A DNA stretch of 64,000 bases from Vulcanimicrobiota bacterium. Its GTDB lineage: Bacteria; Vulcanimicrobiota; Vulcanimicrobiia; Vulcanimicrobiales; Vulcanimicrobiaceae. The notes beneath the pieces are model-generated. The model was not told the origin of the DNA and made no database searches. It worked only from the letters and a program-made list of their open reading frames with translations. The stretch is from the NCBI GenBank assembly GCA_963812155.1, contig CAWETW010000004.1, forward strand, positions 96,001-160,000, given 5' to 3'. The number at the start of each line of letters is the position of its first letter. Positions within the stretch are counted from its first letter, which is position 1. Shown piece after piece: positions 9,112 through 20,499 of the stretch. A program made the translations under genes and the position numbers.

Positions 9112-12100
9112 ATGAAACGATCATCGTTCAGGCGTGCACTGGTTGCTTCCGCGACGTTGCTTGCATTCATCGCCGGACAGGAAACATGGGCACTGGCCGG
9201 CACTACCGGTGGAATCGCAGGCGTCGTCAAAGATAGCAGCAGCGGTGCACCCATCGCCGGCGCGCGCGTTCAGGCCGTCGCGCCGTCTCAAACCGTCAAC
9301 ACGACGACCGACGCGGGAGGACGCTTTATCATCCTTTCGCTCGCGCCCGACACCTACACCCTCACGGTATCAAAAGCGGGATACCAGCAAACGGCAAGTC
9401 CAGGCGAAGTCGTCTTCGCCGATCAGACCCAGCGCGTAACGATCGGCATGGCCAAGCAACTGGCGACGATCGCTCACGTCACCGCGCAAGGCGGCGGAAG
9501 CCTCGTGAAATCGGGCGTGGGGGGCGATCTCTACAACGTCAACTCCGCGCAAGCGCACGCAGCCTCGCCGCTGGGCGGCGGCGGCAACCTGAACAGCGCT
9601 TACTCGGCAATGGCGTCGGTGCCGGGCGTTCAAGTCAACATCGGCGGTCAAGGCTGGACGTTCAACGCGGCCTACGTCCGGGGTCAAAACTACTACTATA
9701 CGGGCTACGAGTACGACGGCATCCCGATCAACCGCGCGTTCGACAACTACAACGCGTCGACCGAATCGAGCCTCGGCTTACAAGAGCTGCAGGTCTATAC
9801 CGGCGGCGGTCCCTCGTCGGTTGCGACGGCGGGTACCGCCGGATTCATCAACCAAGTCATCAAGACGGGTACGTATCCCGGGTTCGCGCAAGCGAACTTG
9901 GGCATCGGCACGCCCACGTTCTACCATTACGGTGAAGTCGAAGTCGGCGGATCGACGCCGGACCGCAACTTCAGCTACTATGCCGCCTTCAACGGCACCA
10001 ATCAAGCGTTTCGCTTAATCGACTCCGATAACGGCGCCGGGTTTATGGAGCCCGGCGGTATCTACTCGGGGGCGGCGACCATCGGCCTATCGCCCGGCTA
10101 CACCGGCTGCACGGGTTTGACCGGTCCGACCTGCCAAGGCGTGAAGCCGAGCTGTGCGCCCGGGGTAACGCCGGCCGACTTCATTAACACAAACGGCATC
10201 GCCCAAGGCTGCTGGGGTTATTACAGCGGCCTCGGGGGAACGTCCAATTTCGTCACGGATCGCGAAAACGTCGTGAACTTCCACTTGGGGCTCCCTCGGC
10301 AGAGTGGATTGCGCGACGACGTGCAGTTGCTGTGGAGCGGTTCGCACCTCAACAACGGCAGTTACGGCTCGATCAACGATCTCGGGCCAGGTTACCAGCA
10401 GTTCTACTTAAATAACTATTTCGCACCGTACGCCGCGCCGCTTTGCAACCAGTCGATCACCTTCCCCGTCGGATTGACGGTGAACGGCTGCGTGCCGAGC
10501 TCGAAGGGCGCGTATACGCCGTACGCCGATCAGATCTCCTACAACGTGCCCTTTGGCACGCCCATCGCGACGCCCACGCACACCAGCCTTCCCTCGATCT
10601 ACTTCGCTCCGGGAACTCCGCAGCATCAATTCGACGGCCCGATCCCGCTGTTTGACGAGGGCCTGAACTCCTATCAGAACGACACGGGCATCGTGAAGCT
10701 GCAATACACGCACGCGCTCAGTCAAGCCGCGTACATTCGTGCGTACGGCTACACGTTCTACTCCGACTGGCTCCAAACCGCTCCGCTTTCGGGCGCCACC
10801 GGGCAGGCTCAACCCGCGCTGCCTTCGCCGGAGTACGAGCTCATCACGCACACATCGGGTGGCGCGATCGAGCTCAACGATCAATTAAACGACCAAAATC
10901 TGTTGGGCGCCGACGTTAACTACACGCAAGCCAACGTCACGCGCTTCAACAACAGCTCGGCCATCGTCGGTGCGGGCACGTCGCCGATCGGCTATATGAG
11001 TGGCAGCGGCGGCAACTTCACCTGCTACGACGCAGCCCCATCCCAAGCCGGCGGCGGCAAAGCGGTGCCGTGTTTGTCCAGCGGCTACTACGACGTCGGT
11101 CTCGGCACGTTCGTTAGTCCCAACGCCGTCTATAGCGGTGCTCCGGGAACTTGCGACGCGCCGTCTCCGAGCAATCCGAAACCAGGGCCATGCGGCTGGC
11201 GCAGCAACGCCATCGCGGGGCCGACCGGATTCGGTGGCCCGGCCAACGCTTCGTGGGATTCCTTGTGGTCCGGCAACGCAGCAGGCTCGTTCAACACGGT
11301 TCAACCGCATTTCACCAATGCGGCGATCAGCGATCAATGGCGGCCAAACGATCGACTCCTAGTGAACGCCTCGGTACGTTACGACAACTTCACGTACAAC
11401 TTGCCCAATTCGGCCACGGTCGCAACCCAGTTCTACGCCAACATGACGGCGAACTACACCTGCGTTCAGGCCTCGACGAATCAGGTCTTCGTCACCCCGC
11501 TCGCTCCTGGGCAACCGCCGCCGGCGACGGCCCAGTACATCAACGGCGACTGTAACCAAGGCGTGAGCGCTCTGACGCACACCGCCCAGACCGGCTGGGT
11601 CCATCCCAACGGGAAGTCGCAGGACGGCATTGCCGCCCCGAACTTCACGGCGGCTTCTCCGAGTTCGTATGGTTTGAACTACTGGGAGCCGCGTTTCTCA
11701 GCCACCTACACGATCAATCCGGAAACCGTACTGCGGGCCTCGGCGGGCCGCTACGTCGCACCGCCAATCTCCGCCTCGGTGCAATACCTGGCGCTGACCG
11801 GTGACGACCGCTCCGTATGGAACAACACGCTGAACCTCGGATTCTACACGCCGTTCCATCCGATTCCAGGCATCTCGTCGGCGCAATACGACATGTCGCT
11901 CGAGAAGCATCTGCACGGAACCGACATGAGCTTCAAAGTGACCCCATACTTCACGTGGGTGAACGACTGGCAGCAGCAGACCTTTATCGGGTCCAACTTC
12001 GCCACGAACGTTCCGGTCGGAGTCAATCGCGACTACGGCGTCGAGTTCCAGTTCAATAAGGGAGACTTCACCCGCGACGGCTTCTCGGGACAGTTCTCGT

Positions 12101-13092
12101 TCACGTACACCAACTCGAAGGTGCAGTTCCAGAACGTCGGTATTGCCGGGGGCGTCGTCCCCAACCAAACGGCTGCCCTCAATACGGTGATCGCGCAATA
12201 TAATGCGCTCACCAAGTCCGGAGGGGGTTCGCCCTGCTACCTGACGGGCCTGACATCGAGTCTTCCCTATAAGGGCGTCTCGTGCTCGTTTAAGGGATCG
12301 GCCCCACCTGCAAATCTCATCCGCAACCCGTACTACAACATGACCGCGCAAGGCGAGCTCGATCCGAACGGATGGTACAATCCCTACGTCACCGCAAATG
12401 CCCCCAATCTGAACGCCGGCGTAAACTCGTACATCTCGCCGCTGACGTCGTCGCTGCTGCTCAACTACCGCCATCACAAGCTGGCGATAACGCCGAGCAT
12501 CCAGTTTCAGTCAGGCGGCTTCTACGGCAGTCCGCTCGACGTCAACGGGTACGATCCGCGTACGTGCGGACAGAACTCGCTAGCGGGGGGCATCACGAAA
12601 CTCTCGCCCAAGACCAATCCGCTGCAGTGCAACGTGCTCTCGTTGAATCCCGGGGTTGGAAGCTACGGTCCCCTCGGCTATCTCTACATACCCAACCCTC
12701 AGACCGGCGCGTTTTCGGCGCTCGGTTCGTTCGAACAACCGTCGCTGATTACCGGAAACCTCATGGTCACGTACGAAGCAACTCCCCGCATGACGGTCAC
12801 CCTGACGGGGACCAACCTCTTCCATAGCTGCTTCGGCGGATATTCGGAGCCGTGGACGCAGGCGAACGGGCCGTCGCCCAACGTCTGCGGCTATTCGGCG
12901 GCCGGTGGCGCCTTCAACAGTTCGGTCTATCCGTCGAACTTCTACAACGGCACCGGAATCAACGACAAAGCGGCCAATAAGTTCACGACACCCTTCCAGC
13001 AAAGCTACTTCCCGACGCTCGGCAATAACGGAGGCATCGGATCGGCTCTGCCACCCTTCAACGTGTACTTGACGGCTCAGTTCAAGATCTAA
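9112..13092 (+). CDS. TonB-dependent receptor (Oar-like) with N-terminal carboxypeptidase-regulatory-like domain
   Basis: 1326 aa; signal peptide, GTTGGIAGVVKD, plug YVRG..YEYDGIPIN, barrel-type C-terminus; GGAGG RBS. Confidence 0.85.
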   Translation: MKRSSFRRALVASATLLAFIAGQETWALAGTTGGIAGVVKDSSSGAPIAGARVQAVAPSQTVNTTTDAGGRFIILSLAPDTYTLTVSKAGYQQTASPGEVVFADQTQRVTIGMAKQLATIAHVTAQGGGSLVKSGVGGDLYNVNSAQAHAASPLGGGGNLNSAYSAMASVPGVQVNIGGQGWTFNAAYVRGQNYYYTGYEYDGIPINRAFDNYNASTESSLGLQELQVYTGGGPSSVATAGTAGFINQVIKTGTYPGFAQANLGIGTPTFYHYGEVEVGGSTPDRNFSYYAAFNGTNQAFRLIDSDNGAGFMEPGGIYSGAATIGLSPGYTGCTGLTGPTCQGVKPSCAPGVTPADFINTNGIAQGCWGYYSGLGGTSNFVTDRENVVNFHLGLPRQSGLRDDVQLLWSGSHLNNGSYGSINDLGPGYQQFYLNNYFAPYAAPLCNQSITFPVGLTVNGCVPSSKGAYTPYADQISYNVPFGTPIATPTHTSLPSIYFAPGTPQHQFDGPIPLFDEGLNSYQNDTGIVKLQYTHALSQAAYIRAYGYTFYSDWLQTAPLSGATGQAQPALPSPEYELITHTSGGAIELNDQLNDQNLLGADVNYTQANVTRFNNSSAIVGAGTSPIGYMSGSGGNFTCYDAAPSQAGGGKAVPCLSSGYYDVGLGTFVSPNAVYSGAPGTCDAPSPSNPKPGPCGWRSNAIAGPTGFGGPANASWDSLWSGNAAGSFNTVQPHFTNAAISDQWRPNDRLLVNASVRYDNFTYNLPNSATVATQFYANMTANYTCVQASTNQVFVTPLAPGQPPPATAQYINGDCNQGVSALTHTAQTGWVHPNGKSQDGIAAPNFTAASPSSYGLNYWEPRFSATYTINPETVLRASAGRYVAPPISASVQYLALTGDDRSVWNNTLNLGFYTPFHPIPGISSAQYDMSLEKHLHGTDMSFKVTPYFTWVNDWQQQTFIGSNFATNVPVGVNRDYGVEFQFNKGDFTRDGFSGQFSFTYTNSKVQFQNVGIAGGVVPNQTAALNTVIAQYNALTKSGGGSPCYLTGLTSSLPYKGVSCSFKGSAPPANLIRNPYYNMTAQGELDPNGWYNPYVTANAPNLNAGVNSYISPLTSSLLLNYRHHKLAITPSIQFQSGGFYGSPLDVNGYDPRTCGQNSLAGGITKLSPKTNPLQCNVLSLNPGVGSYGPLGYLYIPNPQTGAFSALGSFEQPSLITGNLMVTYEATPRMTVTLTGTNLFHSCFGGYSEPWTQANGPSPNVCGYSAAGGAFNSSVYPSNFYNGTGINDKAANKFTTPFQQSYFPTLGNNGGIGSALPPFNVYLTAQFKI

Positions 13093-13126
13093 ACGAACTG
13101 CACGTCATCGCTACGCAGCGAACGAT

Positions 13127-13161
13127 AAAGGCGGGATCCGAAAGGATCCCGCCTACTTTTT
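13127..13161 (+). terminator. Rho-independent terminator
   Basis: AGGCGGGATCC-GAAA-GGATCCCGCCT followed by a T tract. Confidence 0.85.
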
Positions 13162-13177
13162 GCTACCACACACGTGA

Positions 13178-13250
13178 AACGCAAAACCCCCGGCACGTCA
13201 CCGGGGGTTCTACCACATGACTACCTGAGGAGGGTTTTCATGTACGAATA
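13178..13250 (-). ncRNA. Candidate small RNA with anti-SD motif and its own terminator
   Basis: Minus strand reads AAAACCCTCCTCAGG...AACCCCCGG/CCGGGGGTT then TTGCGTTT. Confidence 0.35.
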
Positions 13251-13311
13251 TCATCGCACGTTCTAGCGGCGATTGCATAAACAAGAATAAAAAGCCCCGG
13301 GCCGGCCTGGC

Positions 13312-14106
13312 TTATTTCGAGCACGCCGCCATCGCAGCCATGATCGACGCGGCCGCCTCGCCTTCACGCTTCCCCGTTTCGGAGCGCACCCATTGCAGCG
13401 CCGTGACGAGCCGGCCGAGCGGATTATAGCCGACCATCAGCCCCGGTACGGCCATCAAATCGACCGCGTACGGATTCTGCGAAAGTCCGGGAGTATTCGG
13501 ATCTTGCAGCGGGCCGGGCGGAGGTGCCGTAGCGATTGGTTTCGTTAGACCGGTGCCCGTGATGGCTCCCAAATACGTTTCACCCGCATGCTGCAAGTCG
13601 CCCATTTGCTGCGTCTGCACGAATCCGTTGATGAGGTCGAGCGATGCACTTTGGTAGGCTACGCTTTCAAGCAGCTGCTTTTTGATCGTCGCCAGATGCG
13701 CGTCGTCTTCGCGGTTCCCGGTCGATTTGCTTAATGCTGCATCGTTGAGGAGCGCCTGAGCCGCGAGGAGGTTCTGCGCGATCGGGCTCACCAGATACGA
13801 CATTTTCTGAAGCGCCATCTCCGTTGCAGGCGAATCTACGTTGATCGAATCGTTCCCCGACGGCCCATCTCGATCGGAGAAAGCACGATCGATCGAGCCG
13901 AATGCTCCGACACCGTAGTCCTTGAATAGCGGCACACTCTTGGAAATGGCCGCGTCGTTTTGCAGAATCGCCGAGACGGCGGGGCGCACCTTGTCGTGAA
14001 GACGCGCGCAGAACGGCGTCGTGATTACGCGATAGATCTGCGGCGGCGGTGACGGGGTAGCTGCCGTTAGCGTAGACGCGAGCAAAAGTGCGGCGCACCT
14101 TCGCAT
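13312..14106 (-). CDS. Secreted hypothetical protein
   Basis: Signal peptide MRRCAALLLAS; helical composition. Confidence 0.75.
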   Translation of the reverse strand: MRRCAALLLASTLTAATPSPPPQIYRVITTPFCARLHDKVRPAVSAILQNDAAISKSVPLFKDYGVGAFGSIDRAFSDRDGPSGNDSINVDSPATEMALQKMSYLVSPIAQNLLAAQALLNDAALSKSTGNREDDAHLATIKKQLLESVAYQSASLDLINGFVQTQQMGDLQHAGETYLGAITGTGLTKPIATAPPPGPLQDPNTPGLSQNPYAVDLMAVPGLMVGYNPLGRLVTALQWVRSETGKREGEAAASIMAAMAACSK

Positions 14107-14114
14107 TGTGTACT

Positions 14115-15401
14115 CTACAGCGTTTGCAGATCGTCGAGAAATGGATCGAGATGCGACTGCACGTACCACCATTCGCCGTTTTCCTTGCTGCGCTGCAGGT
14201 GCGCGGAAGCCGCAGCGAACTGACCGCGACCGGTCTCTGCCAAGACGAACGCCGCTGCCGGTACGAACTGCCGTTGCGAGAGGCGGCGCAGTCGTTCCAG
14301 GGAGGCTTCGGCGATGTGCATGTCGCCGAAGCGAAAGCGCGCAAATATCGCATAACCTTCGGCGATAAATTGCACGTCGGCCTCGCCGTCGGTCAGGGGA
14401 TCGTACGCCGAAAGACGGACGGCGTCGAATTCCGTAATGGCGCGGGTCGCGTCGCCGAGCAAGAAACGAGCTTGGCCCAGCAAGATCCGCCCGAATGCGT
14501 GAGGGCGTTCGGCGCAGACGGCGCCGAGTTCGGCGACGGCCGAAACGTAATCGCGTTCGAGCAGCGACCCGAGGCCCCGATAGACGCGCAACTCGGGATC
14601 GTCAAACGCTCGGCTCCGCTCGTCGATGAACGCCTGCGCATCGCGAAAGCGTGATTGCAACAGCAAAACCCAGGCGTAGAGGGTGGCGGCCGGAAGGCTC
14701 TCCGGCGTCAGCGAGACGGCGTTATGCGTCAGCAGTGCTGCGCCCGCCACATCGCAGTCCGCGTGCAGCGCGACCTTCACGCGCGCCAGCAGCGCGTCGT
14801 TGCAAGCCGGATCGGCCGCAAGGGCGGCATCGCTCTGCAAGCGCGCGTGCTCGAGCAACGGCCGTGGGAGGTCGCGCAGATTGTCGGCGATAAGGCATCT
14901 GCAAAGCGCCGCTCCACCAAGTGCTGCCGGGCTATCGGGGTCTATGGTAAGTGCGCGATGGTACAGGTCGAGGGCGCTACGCAAACCCGCGCGGCTGCGC
15001 ATCCGGCGAAACTCTATAGCAGCCCCGCAGAGTTCGTCGATCAGGGTTTGCGTCAAGATGGACGGGCCCGACGAGACCGTACCGACGAAGCGGTAACCTT
15101 TGCCGTAATCCGTCACGACGTAGCGTGGATCGCGAATGCGGTCGCCGAGCGCGCGGCGCACCATTAATACGTGCTGGCGAAGCGTCGCGTCGTTGGCGTC
15201 TTCGTTGTCGGGCCAGAGCGCGCTCATGAGCGTATCCACCGTAACGGTGCGCCCGGCCGACTCGAGCAGTATCATCAAAAGGTCGAAGGCCTTCGGGGTC
15301 AGCGAGACGCTGACCCCGCCGCGTACGAGGCGGCGCTGATTGCAGTCGATCGCGAACGGCCCGAAGTAATAGCAGAGTGGGACCGCCATCGCCGGGATCA
15401 T
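14115..15401 (-). CDS. Winged-helix (OmpR/PhoB-type) transcriptional regulator with TPR-like domain
   Basis: YYFGPF..LTPKAFDLL..LWP..LRQHVLMVRRAL..GKGYRF. Confidence 0.85.
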   Translation of the reverse strand: MIPAMAVPLCYYFGPFAIDCNQRRLVRGGVSVSLTPKAFDLLMILLESAGRTVTVDTLMSALWPDNEDANDATLRQHVLMVRRALGDRIRDPRYVVTDYGKGYRFVGTVSSGPSILTQTLIDELCGAAIEFRRMRSRAGLRSALDLYHRALTIDPDSPAALGGAALCRCLIADNLRDLPRPLLEHARLQSDAALAADPACNDALLARVKVALHADCDVAGAALLTHNAVSLTPESLPAATLYAWVLLLQSRFRDAQAFIDERSRAFDDPELRVYRGLGSLLERDYVSAVAELGAVCAERPHAFGRILLGQARFLLGDATRAITEFDAVRLSAYDPLTDGEADVQFIAEGYAIFARFRFGDMHIAEASLERLRRLSQRQFVPAAAFVLAETGRGQFAAASAHLQRSKENGEWWYVQSHLDPFLDDLQTL

Positions 15402-15500
15402 GCGATCCGAGCAAGCATTGCGAGAGCTCCCATGCATTCAAGAACGAAGCATGCGTGGCGATGTGACCGCGGGCTCTCATCGCGCCGTGCGAACGCCGTT

Positions 15501-15530
15501 TATAAAAAACTATAAAAGCGAATAAAAATC
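15501..15530. promoter_or_regulatory. Three 10-bp-phased direct repeats, putative wHTH operator
   Basis: TATAAAAAAC TATAAAAGCG AATAAAAATC upstream of the wHTH gene. Confidence 0.5.
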
Positions 15531-15551
15531 GCGAAATCCTCGCTGGCGTTC

Positions 15552-17991
15552 TTATTCGTGAACCGTCAAGACGAAGTGAATCGCCGCCGGCAGCACGTTG
15601 AGCCGATCGGTCGGGAGGTCCGCCATGTACGTCGTGTTGCCGGGCGCCGCGTAGAGCCCTTGATATGGAACGCCGCCGCCGTAGATCGTAAACGGTCCCG
15701 AGACGGAGTTGAAGACATTCGTCGCGGCGACCGTGAAATCGATTCGTCCAAAGTTCTTGCCGACCGCCGCGTCGACTTGCGTATACGGCGGCTGGTTGAG
15801 CGGATTGTTGCGGCCGGCAAACGTGAACTGCGTCGCCGCATGCCATCCCTTTTCGGTCCAGTTCAGCGTCGCCGATCCTTGCTGCTGCGGAACTCCCAAG
15901 AACTGCTCGCCGTCAACCAGACTTCCGCCGGAAGTTGGATTCGAAACGTTCGGCCCGAGCGAGTACGGATATGCGACGTTCAGCCCGTACGCGAAGATCA
16001 GTCCGAGATGCTGGCGCGGAAAACTCTGCTTAAAGCGAACCTCCGCCCCCTCGTACACGGCGTTGCCGATGTTGATCGGAATCTCGTATTGGTAACCAAG
16101 TTTGCTGCTGCACGCGCCGAACGGATAGAAGTTCTCGATCGTGTCGCGCAGATTCGACCGGTACAGCGAAACGTCGACGATCGACTGGCTCGAAAAGAGG
16201 TGCGAGAGTCCCAGCTCGTATTCGGTTGCGTGCTCGGGCCGCTCTTGCGGGTTGCCTTGGCCCGCTACCACGCAGTTTTGATCCGCCGGCGGAAGTCCCG
16301 GATTCGGCTGGAGTTTCCCGTCGACGAGGACCGGCGGAAAGTAGTACTGCTCGATGAGCAGCGGCGCGCGGAATCCGGTACCCGCCGATGCGCGGACGAC
16401 CGTGGAAGAATCGACGTCGTAACTCGCCCCGGCCCGCCAATTCAGCGTATTGCCGAACGTGCTGTACGTCGCGTCGTACAATCCGCCGGAGAGGCGGAGA
16501 TTCGGGCCCACCTGCTGCGCTCCGCGCAGAAAGTACGAGTTGACGCTTTGCGAGAGCGCTCCGGTGACGCCGGCACCCGTCAGCGATTCCTGCCGCGCGT
16601 AGCCGCCGAACGCGAACGCAGCCGTGTCGAACGATCGCTCCCACGAGAGGCCTTCGTTGTACCGCTTATCGGTATGCGAGACGTCGTAGGGTGAGATGGC
16701 GCCCGATCCGCCAGAGAAATCGACGTTGTTGTCGTCGGCGTAGAAATCGGCGAGCAGCGACCCCGCGCCGAGTACCGAGCGCGAATAGACGTCGTAGGCG
16801 CGAATGCTCTGCGCGAAGATGCCGTTGCCGGCGCCGACGTGCTGCCCCAAAACCGGGTTCGGCGTGCTGGTGAACCCGCTCGGGCACGCAGGCGCGCTCG
16901 GATCGGTGGGATCGCACGGCTGGTACGCGTTTCCGGCGATGCCGTTGAGCGCACTGCTTTCGTCGCGGAAGTTTCCTAGCGTGAACGCGCGAACGCCAAG
17001 ATCGGCGCGCTGCGAAAAATTGTAGTCGAAGTTCACGAGACCCAGACGCGCGCTCACCGTCGAGCCGAGGTGCGTGAGCACCGGGCAGTTTTGCGGCGGA
17101 CCGCTCGCACTCGCACCACAGTTTTGCGGCGCAACGTTGTTCTGCGGGTAGACGAGGGCGTACTGATTGGTTTGACCGGATTGCATGTAGTTGTTGCCGG
17201 CCACTGCATAGCCGAGCTTACCGACGGTACCGGTGGCGTTGAACCACGCCTGCGACGTGCCGTACGATCCCAACGATCCCGCCAGCATCGTGTGGTCTTC
17301 CAGCGTCGGGCGCAGCGAAACGAGGTTCACGGCGCCGCCGAACGTGTTGCTTCCCTCGCTGTCGGTGGGGCCGAGCCCTTCGGTCACGTTGATGCTATTG
17401 AATGCCGGGACCGCGAACTGGGAGAGATCGAGATCGCCGGTGTTGCCGTCGTTGAGCACTTGGCCGTCGAGCGTTACCAGCGCTTCGGAGGGGTCCGGTC
17501 CGCGCAAAGAAACGACCGCAGGCGCCGTTGGCGCGCCCGCATCCGGACGCGTAATGACGACCGAAGGAACCTGCTGCAAGCCCCTCGAGCACGTTGTCGT
17601 AACCGAGCGCATCCATTTGCGAACGCGAGACGTCCATTTCCGGAATGACGTTGCGCACGAGCGTGAAACCGCCGTTGACGCGGACTTCGCCGATGGTCCG
17701 CAGTTTCGGCGAATCCGCCGGCTCGAGCACGATGTCGACGCGCGCGTCGGCGGTGAGGTCGCCGGTCGCGGCCTGCACCGGCCGGTAGCCGCCGGCAATC
17801 GCCGTAATCGTATAACGGCCGGGTGGAACGACGACGCTAAAGTCGCCTTTCGCGTCGGTCGTCGTCTGCGCGTGGCGCGAGCCTTCCACGATGACCTGCG
17901 CGTTGGCGATCGGCGAGCCGGATGGAGCGTGAACGTTACCGCCGATGAGACAGCAAGCGGCTATCAGCAAACCGTGCATAGGCGGCCTCAT
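15552..17991 (-). CDS. TonB-dependent receptor (frameshift ~17580)
   Basis: N-terminal carboxypeptidase-like domain; plug VSLRG..LVTLDG..GGAVNLV; GFRAP and GNPQERPE barrel motifs. Confidence 0.9.
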
Positions 17992-18027
17992 TCGCCCCAG
18001 GGTTCGGGCGACGCCTCTCCGGCCCGT

Positions 18028-18766
18028 TTAGTGGCCCGGCGTTACCTCCGGCAAATCCCATAACACGAGTTCGCCACTGCCTCGGACGCTGAGTTTCGCC
18101 ACGTCGTAGAGTCGAACCGCGTCTCCGGCGCTCAAGCGCTCGCCGTTGGCTTCGACGCCGCCGCTGGCGACAAACAGAAATCCGTAGCGTTTCGGCGCGA
18201 AAACATGATCCACGCCGCCATCGTCGACCCGCGCGACCGCGAACGTCGCGCGCTGCGTGATGCGAATGGGCGCTTCGACGCCGTCTTCGCCGCTCACGAT
18301 TCGCAGCCAGCGGTTGCGCCGCTGCTCGGGGGTGAAATCCATTTGGCCGTACGACGGCGCGCGGCCGAGCGCGCCCGGCAGCACCCACATCTGCACGAGA
18401 TGCAGCGGCCGGTCCGCGAGGTTGTTGAACTCGCTGTGCGTCACGCCCGTACCGGCGCTCATGAACTGTACGCCGCCCGGCCCGACGACGCCGTGATTGC
18501 CCATGCTGTCGCGATGCGCGAGTTCGCCGTCGAGGACGTACGTGACGATCTCCATGTCGCGGTGCGGGTGCGGCGGAAAGCCTTCGCCGCCCGCGACGAC
18601 GTCGTCGTTGAACACGCGCAGCGCGCCCCAGTTGACGTTGCTGCGGATCGCGATACTCGGCAAAGCTGAACGAATGGTACGTCTGCAGCCATCCGTGATC
18701 GAAAAACGCGCGGTCGTGCGAACGCTGGACGACGAATGCCGGGGCGAGGGGTGCTTGAACGCTCAT
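18028..18766 (-). CDS. Pirin family protein (YhhW-like; frameshift ~18640)
   Basis: DHGWLQTYHSFSF, WGALRVFNDD, HPHRDMEI, SAGTGVTHSE. Confidence 0.9.
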
Positions 18767-19674
18767 GCGTTCTTCGACCGCACGGAGCGCCGCGCCGGTT
18801 GCGCGGCAGGCGGATGCAGCCGCGCGAGCAGCAAGTGAAAGTAGAGCATGCCGCGCACCGGTCCGAGCGTTCGAGCACGTCGTCGAGGCGATCTCGCCGC
18901 CGGCAGTGCACGAGGCTGCGGGCGACGCCCGAGTCGCGCATCGGGAAAAACGTCGAGGCGCCCGATACCGCGCAGCAAGGCCACCGGCGCGCTCCACGGA
19001 CCGATTCCGCGAATCGCGCAGAGCGCTTCGGCGGCATCCGGGGTCGGCAGCGCCTCGAGACGGTCTTCGCTCATCGAGCCGTCCGCGAACGCGGTCGCCG
19101 CCGAGCGGAGATGGCCGACTTGTTCGCCGAGAGCCCCGCGCCCGCAGCACCGCTTCGCCGGCGCCGAGCCAGCGCTCGGGTTCGCGGGAAAATGCGCCCG
19201 CGCACGCCGCCGGCCGACGACCTCTTCGGCCAAGCGCTTCGACGAGCCGTCGCATGATCGCGGCCGCCGGCGTGAATCGAGATCTGCTGAAAGACGACCG
19301 CGTGCGCGCAGGCTTCCCAGAGCGGTCGCGTAGCGCGGCGGTTTAGACGCCGTCGAGCGACGTCGCGAGCGTTCGCGCAGCCACGGAATCGTCGCGCTGC
19401 GCTTGCGTACCACTCGCGCAGATCGGCGTCCGTTCCGAGCATGCGCGCCGAACGGACGGCCAGCCAGCGCTCGGCGTTGCGCCCGGTGGCACGGACTTCA
19501 ATGCTGCCGGAGCCGCCGCGCGCGAACGCCGACCAGTGCTGCGCCGTGCTCGTCGCGCAGCGCGCGATAGTACGTGCCGTCGCTCGCCGACGACGTCGAC
19601 CGCATTGGCTGCGAGGCGCCGCAGCGCATCGACCGTGAGATCGAGGCGAAACGGTGCCGGACGGGGAGGCGCAT
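18763..19674 (-). CDS. DNA-3-methyladenine glycosylase II (AlkA-like), several frameshifts
   Basis: PFRLDLT, LWEACAHAVVFQQIS, HhH motif IRGIGPWSA, LDVFP. Confidence 0.8.
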
Positions 19675-19700
19675 CCGCGCGCCGAAGCGGCCGTCTAGCG

Positions 19701-20499
19701 ATGCTCGCGGCATACGTGCAGTATTGGCGCATCAACTTCCTGACGATGCTCGAGTACCGGGCCAACTTCGTCATGTGGTTTCGGCTTTACGATCGTCTAT
19801 CACGGCGTCGCGCTCGCCGCGCTGTACGTGACGATGCGGCAGTTTCCGTCGATGAACGGCTGGGACTTCCGGCAGATGTTCTTCCTGTACGCGCTGTGGA
19901 TGTGCGGCCACGAGCTGCACAACACGCTCTTCTTCACGATCGTCAGCGTTCCCGATTACGTTCGCGAAGGCCGCTTCGACCGTTTCCTCGTGCGCCCGCT
20001 CGACACGCTCTTTCAGGTGCTGACGGTGCCGCAGCAGATCATGCCCGACGGGATCGTGTTGGGGCTCGGCTACGCTCGCCTTCGCCACGGTCGCCGCCGG
20101 CGTGCACGTCGACTGGATTTTCGTGATCTTCGTTCCGCTCATCGTTATCGGCGGCGCGCTGATCGATCTCGGCATCTCGCTGGCCGTCGCGACGATCTCG
20201 TTCTGGTTCGTCCGCGTCGACACGCTGCGCTGGGTCGTGATGTCGCTCGAACAAGACTTCACGCGCTACCCGATCAGCATCTACACGCGCGGCGTGCGCA
20301 TCGTGCTCGCCTTCGTGCTGCCGTTTGCCTTCATGAACTATTTTCCGGCGACGTACTTTCTTGCAAAAAGGCGATACTGGATTGCAGCTCAATCCGCAGG
20401 TCGGCCTGCTGACGCCGGCCATCGGCCTCGGATGGGTTTGTCGTCGCGTACGCGTTCTGGCGCGTCGGCTTGCGCCACTACCAAGGAACCGGCTCGTGA
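19701..20499 (+). CDS. ABC-2 family permease (second subunit), frameshifted
   Basis: LEYRANF, VREGRFDRFLVRP, RYPISIY, YQGTGS C-terminus. Confidence 0.85.
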
